NCBI GenBank assembly: GCA_021792095.1
Contig: JAJYVH010000001.1
Coordinates: 225,584 to 289,583, forward strand
Origin: Candidatus Micrarchaeota archaeon
GTDB taxonomy: Archaea; Micrarchaeota; Micrarchaeia; Micrarchaeales; CABMGC01
DNA length: 64,000 nt
Direction: 5' to 3'
The notes under the pieces were generated by a model. That model had not been told where the DNA came from, made no database searches, and worked only from the letters and a program-made list of their open reading frames with translations. Made by a program: the position numbers and the translations under genes. Of this stretch, positions 60,049-64,000 are shown one piece after another. Each line of letters begins with the position of its first letter. Position 1 is the first letter of the stretch.

Positions 60049-60259
60049 CCAAACCTGCCTTCAGCACGTATTCCTGTATGTCCTCCTTTGTTATCTTGTC
60101 GCCCTTCCTCTTCCTCGAATTCAGCACGGCGAACCTTGATATGCGCTTCGCCCTGCTCTCCAGCATCTTGGCGAGGGCTCGCGCAGCGTCGTCGGTTATC
60201 TGCAGCCCGAACTCCCTGCTGACCATCCTCTTTATGCTCTCGGCCGGTATGCTCGCCAT
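60038..60259 (-). CDS. archaeal histone (histone-fold protein)
   Basis: 73 aa. IPAESIKRMVSREFGLQITDDAARALAKMLESRAKRISRFAVLNSRKRKGDKITKEDIQ follows the HMf-type helix-loop-helix pattern. Confidence 0.65.
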   Translation of the reverse strand: MASIPAESIKRMVSREFGLQITDDAARALAKMLESRAKRISRFAVLNSRKRKGDKITKEDIQEYVLKAGLDDA

Positions 60260-60377
60260 TCACGCGCCCCATTCAGCACTCAAGATCCACATCATCTCGT
60301 AATCAGGACTTGGGTTCATCACTGCATTGATTTTGCTGGGCAAGACTTATATATTCGTAGAGCCATAATGCTAGTTC

Positions 60378-60704
60378 GTGGTCATGATGACTTCTGACGT
60401 AACAAACCAGAATTTCGATGCCGAGGTGCTCAAGTCTAAGATGCCGGTTGTGGTGGACTTCTGGGCCGAATGGTGCGGCCCGTGCAAGATGTTCAGCCCA
60501 GTGCTGGAAGAGGTTTCGAAGGAATACGGCACCAAGGTGAAGTTCGTCAAGCTCAATACCGACGATAACACGAGCGTGGCCCAGGAGTACGGCATAATGA
60601 GCATACCGACAACGCTGCTCTTCGAGGGCGGCGAGGTCAAGGCGATGTCCGTAGGCGCCATACCGAAGGCTGAGTTCAAGAAGTGGCTCGACAGCAACCT
60701 CTGA
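60378..60704 (+). CDS. trxA: thioredoxin
   Basis: 108 aa. VVVDFWAEWCGPCKMFSPVLEE. CTTATATATT lies about 30 nt upstream. Confidence 0.92.
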   Translation: MVMMTSDVTNQNFDAEVLKSKMPVVVDFWAEWCGPCKMFSPVLEEVSKEYGTKVKFVKLNTDDNTSVAQEYGIMSIPTTLLFEGGEVKAMSVGAIPKAEFKKWLDSNL

Positions 60705-60839
60705 TCCCGCCCGTTTGGCAGGTCCGCCCTGCCCGGCTTTGCTAATAAAGTAGGGTCTGCTAAGAAAGTCCGAAGGTTGCTAAAAATCTGGCTTGTTGAT
60801 AAATTACGGAAGTTATTGATAAATCAGATTCTGAATGGG

Positions 60840-60847
60840 TTTTTAAG
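60840..60847 (+). promoter_or_regulatory. TATA-like box (TTTTTAAG) about 27 nt upstream of the AIPR gene ATG
   Basis: Spacing as for other leaderless genes here. Preceded by two sets of short direct repeats (see findings). Confidence 0.4.
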
Positions 60848-60870
60848 ATTAAAGGTCAGATACCTTAATT

Positions 60871-62880
60871 ATGGAAGATGCTAAGTTCATTGAAAAGGTC
60901 TTAGCTGATTTTAAAGACATTAACAACAGCATACCTCGTATAGTGAGATTAGGAGATTTGTTTTCTATCTGGTTCACTTCAAACATACTTCTAAATAATA
61001 TGAATGAAGAAAAAGCACTAAATTATTTTATCGGCGGCAGTAACGATTGCAAATTAGACATCGGGATTGCGGATGATGATCACGAACTAATTACCTTAGC
61101 ACAATGTAAATTCCCAGATGGGAATAAACTTATTACAGATAACCCGAACGTAAGTGCAGGAAGTTATACTAAGGATGTAATTGATGATATCTTAACAGCA
61201 AGAGATAGATTGACTTCGGAATCTGTATCTGGAAACGATAATTGGAAAGAATTTGCAGATGCCTATAGAGAGAAGTTAGCTCCTGATAGCTCGAACCTGA
61301 AACTGATAGTGGCAGGATTCGGTAATTTCCCAGCAGATGTGATCAACTATGCTATTGAAAAGAATGTGGACATCTACGACTTCAAAAGAATCAAAGATCA
61401 ATACATAAGAAACGTATCTCCTGAAGGTGTATTTGACATACCAGAAACATTGGAACTTGCTTGTAAAGAGGGAAATACGAAGTATGAGGATGAAAAATTC
61501 AAAACTTTCTCTTATTTTGTAGATATTTCAGATGTGGGAACTGCCGTAGAAAAATACCAAGATGGCTTGTTCATAGACGACCTTAGGTATAAGCTTGCTG
61601 GTTCTTCTCAGAGTAAGATAGCATCTGATATAGAAGCTACGATAATGAAGCATCCAGAAAAACTTACGATTTTAAACAATGGTCTAACAATAGCGTGTGA
61701 ATCTCTAATTCCTCTTTCTGCCACACGTGTAAAACTAATCAAACCGAAGATACTGAATGGATGTCAAACGTCTTGGGCAATACAAAGTGCTTTTGTTAAA
61801 AGCCAAAAAGCTAACAGAACTCTAAAAGGATATGTATATGCTCGCATAGTAGAGACTAAAGATCCGAATTATATAAAGGATGTCACTAATGCAACTAACA
61901 ATCAGAATCCGATAACTGCAAGAGACAAGCACGCAGGAGACGATCAGCAAAAAGAGATTTTCTTTGCCTTCAGCAAGTTCGGACACAAACCAATTCTTTA
62001 CGATTATAGAGAAGGACTTGTCAAGGCATTAGAGAGATCAAAGGACAATATCATAGAACATTTCTATACAACTCCATTAGGTAGTGGAAGACCAAAACCA
62101 AGAATAATAGACAACATCCTTGCCGCACAATTATATCTGGCATTGCTTGGGGAACCCATATATGCAAAGACAAACAGAAAAGATATTTTTGAAGAAGAAG
62201 AGGTCTATAAGACGATATTTTCCTACCAATTACCTGCTGATCAGCGTTTCAATAACGACACCATCGGAATAAAGGAAAATGAGATAAAATTACGAACTGG
62301 AAAACTTGAATATTTCATAGAAGATGTATTCTTTGCACACGCCGTCTATCAGCTTGCGGAGGCATATGCTGGGTTGTATGATAAAAAGATGAAATCTTAT
62401 ACTCAAACCGAGATAAACAAACCAGCATACATTGAACTCGCAGAAAACTTCAGTTTTATGAAAAGATGGAACTATATTGTTGTTGGGGCTGTGAATTATA
62501 TAGTAAATAGCCTCTCTAAGGATGAAGAAAGTCTTAAAAAATTAAGAGAGAAACTAATCAAGAGCGAAACCGATGCAGATATTTTCTGGAGAAGTGCTAC
62601 AAAGTTGCAAGAACAATTTAATTTTGACAGCAATAAAGATGTTGCAGTAATAGTCAAAGACGATGCCCAATCACCAAACTATGTCGTCTTGGGAAGATGG
62701 ATAAATTCGGTCAGCTTATTGTTATACGATCTTGTGAGAAATGCGAAAAGAACGGAAGGGGAAGGATTCAATATGAGAAAATTTATAGAACTAAATCCTC
62801 AAACATATCGTGAGTTAATAAAAGAGATTGGCAGAATCTTAGCGATACCGAGAAGATCTACCGAGCAATTTCCTCAATAA
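60871..62880 (+). CDS. AIPR-family (abortive-infection phage-resistance) protein
   Basis: 669 aa, low GC. N-terminal FIGGSNDCKLDIGIADDDHELITLAQCKF resembles the conserved AIPR N-terminal block (..DG.nDgGiD......i.l.Q.K). Central KILNGCQTSWAI matches the NG-QT core of the AIPR domain. Assignment is from remembered family patterns. Confidence 0.6.
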   Translation: MEDAKFIEKVLADFKDINNSIPRIVRLGDLFSIWFTSNILLNNMNEEKALNYFIGGSNDCKLDIGIADDDHELITLAQCKFPDGNKLITDNPNVSAGSYTKDVIDDILTARDRLTSESVSGNDNWKEFADAYREKLAPDSSNLKLIVAGFGNFPADVINYAIEKNVDIYDFKRIKDQYIRNVSPEGVFDIPETLELACKEGNTKYEDEKFKTFSYFVDISDVGTAVEKYQDGLFIDDLRYKLAGSSQSKIASDIEATIMKHPEKLTILNNGLTIACESLIPLSATRVKLIKPKILNGCQTSWAIQSAFVKSQKANRTLKGYVYARIVETKDPNYIKDVTNATNNQNPITARDKHAGDDQQKEIFFAFSKFGHKPILYDYREGLVKALERSKDNIIEHFYTTPLGSGRPKPRIIDNILAAQLYLALLGEPIYAKTNRKDIFEEEEVYKTIFSYQLPADQRFNNDTIGIKENEIKLRTGKLEYFIEDVFFAHAVYQLAEAYAGLYDKKMKSYTQTEINKPAYIELAENFSFMKRWNYIVVGAVNYIVNSLSKDEESLKKLREKLIKSETDADIFWRSATKLQEQFNFDSNKDVAVIVKDDAQSPNYVVLGRWINSVSLLLYDLVRNAKRTEGEGFNMRKFIELNPQTYRELIKEIGRILAIPRRSTEQFPQ

Positions 62881-62881
62881 C

Positions 62882-63721
62882 TTAATTAGCTGACTTGATA
62901 CGTTTCATTCCCAAAACTCTATATTTTGGATTTATATCGATGCCTATCGAGTTTCTATCTAAATCAGAAGCAACCTTACTTAAAGAAAAAGTCCCTGCAA
63001 ATGGATCAAAGACGATAGAGTTTTTATTACTACCTACTCTGACAAATAAAGATAATAATTCTAATGGCAACTGACACAGATGCCATTTTTGTCTTTCTTT
63101 TTCAACATTTTTAAAAAGGTTAAACTTTATGAAGTCGTCCTGAGTAATCTTCTGATCTATTTCCGCATCGTAAATCATTCTCCCTTTTGATCCATTTTTA
63201 ATCAATTCGGAAACTCTTTTATCAGTTGGGTTCTTGTAAGGCATCAGAATTTCTTTTCTATTAAACACGTAATTACTTGATTTGGTTTTTGTATAAAACA
63301 AGATTGCCCTTTGGCTTCTTGTAAAGTTCTTTCTCGAATGTCCTATATTCGTGGGATAATGCCAAGTAAGCCATCTTCTAAATGTCAGTTTTGGTTTAAG
63401 CATTGAAAATATATCTACTGCTAATTCAGGGTAAGTTATGATATACATACTTCCTCTGTCTTTCAAAAGGTTGATGCTTTTTTCCAATCTCTCGTTTATG
63501 TATTCTGTATAGTCCTCATCTTTCATCCTATCTTTGTATGTCTTGCCATAATTTATGTCTCGATTATAAGGAGGATCTGTAATGATAAGATCTACGCTAT
63601 TTTTGGGAATTAGAGACATAATTTTTAAGCAGTCTCCAGCTCCAAAAGCGTGCGTTGTGCCATTTAGTCTTATGGTTTTGAAGGCTGATTTAGGAAGAGC
63701 AGAAAAACTATTCGCCTTCAT
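62882..63721 (-). CDS. DNA methyltransferase, beta class (N6-adenine or N4-cytosine; PF01555-like order)
   Basis: 279 aa. Catalytic motif IV IITDPPYN near the N-terminus and AdoMet motif I VFDPFAGTFS near the C-terminus (circularly permuted beta order). Low GC. Confidence 0.85.
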   Translation of the reverse strand: MKANSFSALPKSAFKTIRLNGTTHAFGAGDCLKIMSLIPKNSVDLIITDPPYNRDINYGKTYKDRMKDEDYTEYINERLEKSINLLKDRGSMYIITYPELAVDIFSMLKPKLTFRRWLTWHYPTNIGHSRKNFTRSQRAILFYTKTKSSNYVFNRKEILMPYKNPTDKRVSELIKNGSKGRMIYDAEIDQKITQDDFIKFNLFKNVEKERQKWHLCQLPLELLSLFVRVGSNKNSIVFDPFAGTFSLSKVASDLDRNSIGIDINPKYRVLGMKRIKSAN

Positions 63722-63752
63722 AACATCATTATTGTTTAGGATCCAAAGATCT

Positions 63753-63968
63753 TTATGATCGATTGTTTTGAGCTTTACCTACACTTCTCGGCGAACCTTC
63801 ATCGAAGACCCTAACCATCAGGACTTTGCCTATAAACTCGGTCAATTTTGGACTACGCAAACTGATGCTACCATAAGTATAATCCTTAGTCTTACCTGTG
63901 CTAAGCTTCTTTCTATCGAACGAGGAACTTACCTTAACCCTGAAAGTGCCCAATTGCTTCATAAACAC
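63753..63968 (-). CDS. small hypothetical protein, first gene of the methyltransferase transcription unit
   Basis: 71 aa. ATG 63968 lies 28 nt downstream of TTTATATA (63993-64000, reverse strand). Weak AbrB/SpoVT-like feel (YGSISLRSPKLTEFIGKVLMVRVFDEG). Not assigned. Confidence 0.4.
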   Translation of the reverse strand: MFMKQLGTFRVKVSSSFDRKKLSTGKTKDYTYGSISLRSPKLTEFIGKVLMVRVFDEGSPRSVGKAQNNRS

Positions 63969-63992
63969 TCGATAGTATTCTAATTAGAAAAG

Positions 63993-64000
63993 TATATAAA
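63993..64000 (-). promoter_or_regulatory. TATA box (TTTATATA on the reverse strand) for the small-ORF/methyltransferase operon
   Basis: A perfect archaeal TATA consensus at leaderless spacing from ATG 63968. Lies at the window edge. Confidence 0.5.

Overview
Gene-dense archaeal chromosomal segment. By eye it is high-GC, and Ile and Arg are very often encoded by ATA and AGG. Many genes overlap by 1-11 nt, and TATA-like boxes sit about 25-30 nt upstream of start codons or tRNA 5' ends, so many transcripts look leaderless.

Most content is core information processing:
- The L3-L4-L23-L2-S19-L22-S3-L29-SUI1 ribosomal cluster.
- L15e with a Pcc1-like gene, PriS, Pth2, Tmk and Dcd.
- A large multi-unit tRNA-splicing endonuclease, Dph5 and RadA.
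- PAC2, aIF2-alpha, L44e, GINS and TFE.
- GyrB/GyrA, an Lhr-type helicase, prefoldin beta, and a DHH plus Mre11-like pair.
- ADP-forming acetyl-CoA synthetase alpha/beta, a beta-CASP RNase and Orc1/Cdc6.
- RNase P proteins Rpp30 and Pop5.
- The PsmA-SBDS-Rrp4-Rrp41-Rrp42-L37ae-RpoP superoperon, a histone and thioredoxin.

There are six tRNAs: Tyr, Asp, Glu, Gly, initiator Met and Lys. No rRNA and no CRISPR array were seen. The combination of gyrase, a fused multi-unit EndA, intron-bearing tRNAs and short versions of core proteins suggests a DPANN (Micrarchaeota-like) archaeon. That is inference only.

Most interesting observations:
1. A sharply low-GC island at the 3' end (about 60.7-64.0 kb). 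It carries an AIPR-family Abi-like protein converging on a beta-class DNA methyltransferase, with no recognisable restriction enzyme.
2. An initiator tRNA-Met with a 16-nt intron at T-loop position 59/60 that folds into a clean bulge-helix-bulge. The matching broad-specificity-type EndA lies in the same window.
3. aIF2-alpha, whose conserved S1-domain N-terminus lies upstream of the first ATG/GTG/TTG, in a stretch with no canonical start.
4. Two disrupted genes in an accessory, decaying patch at 46.7-51.8 kb: a Nudix gene with TGA at a conserved Trp, and a frameshifted SAM methyltransferase.

All calls come from reading the sequence and the ORF track. No database search was run.
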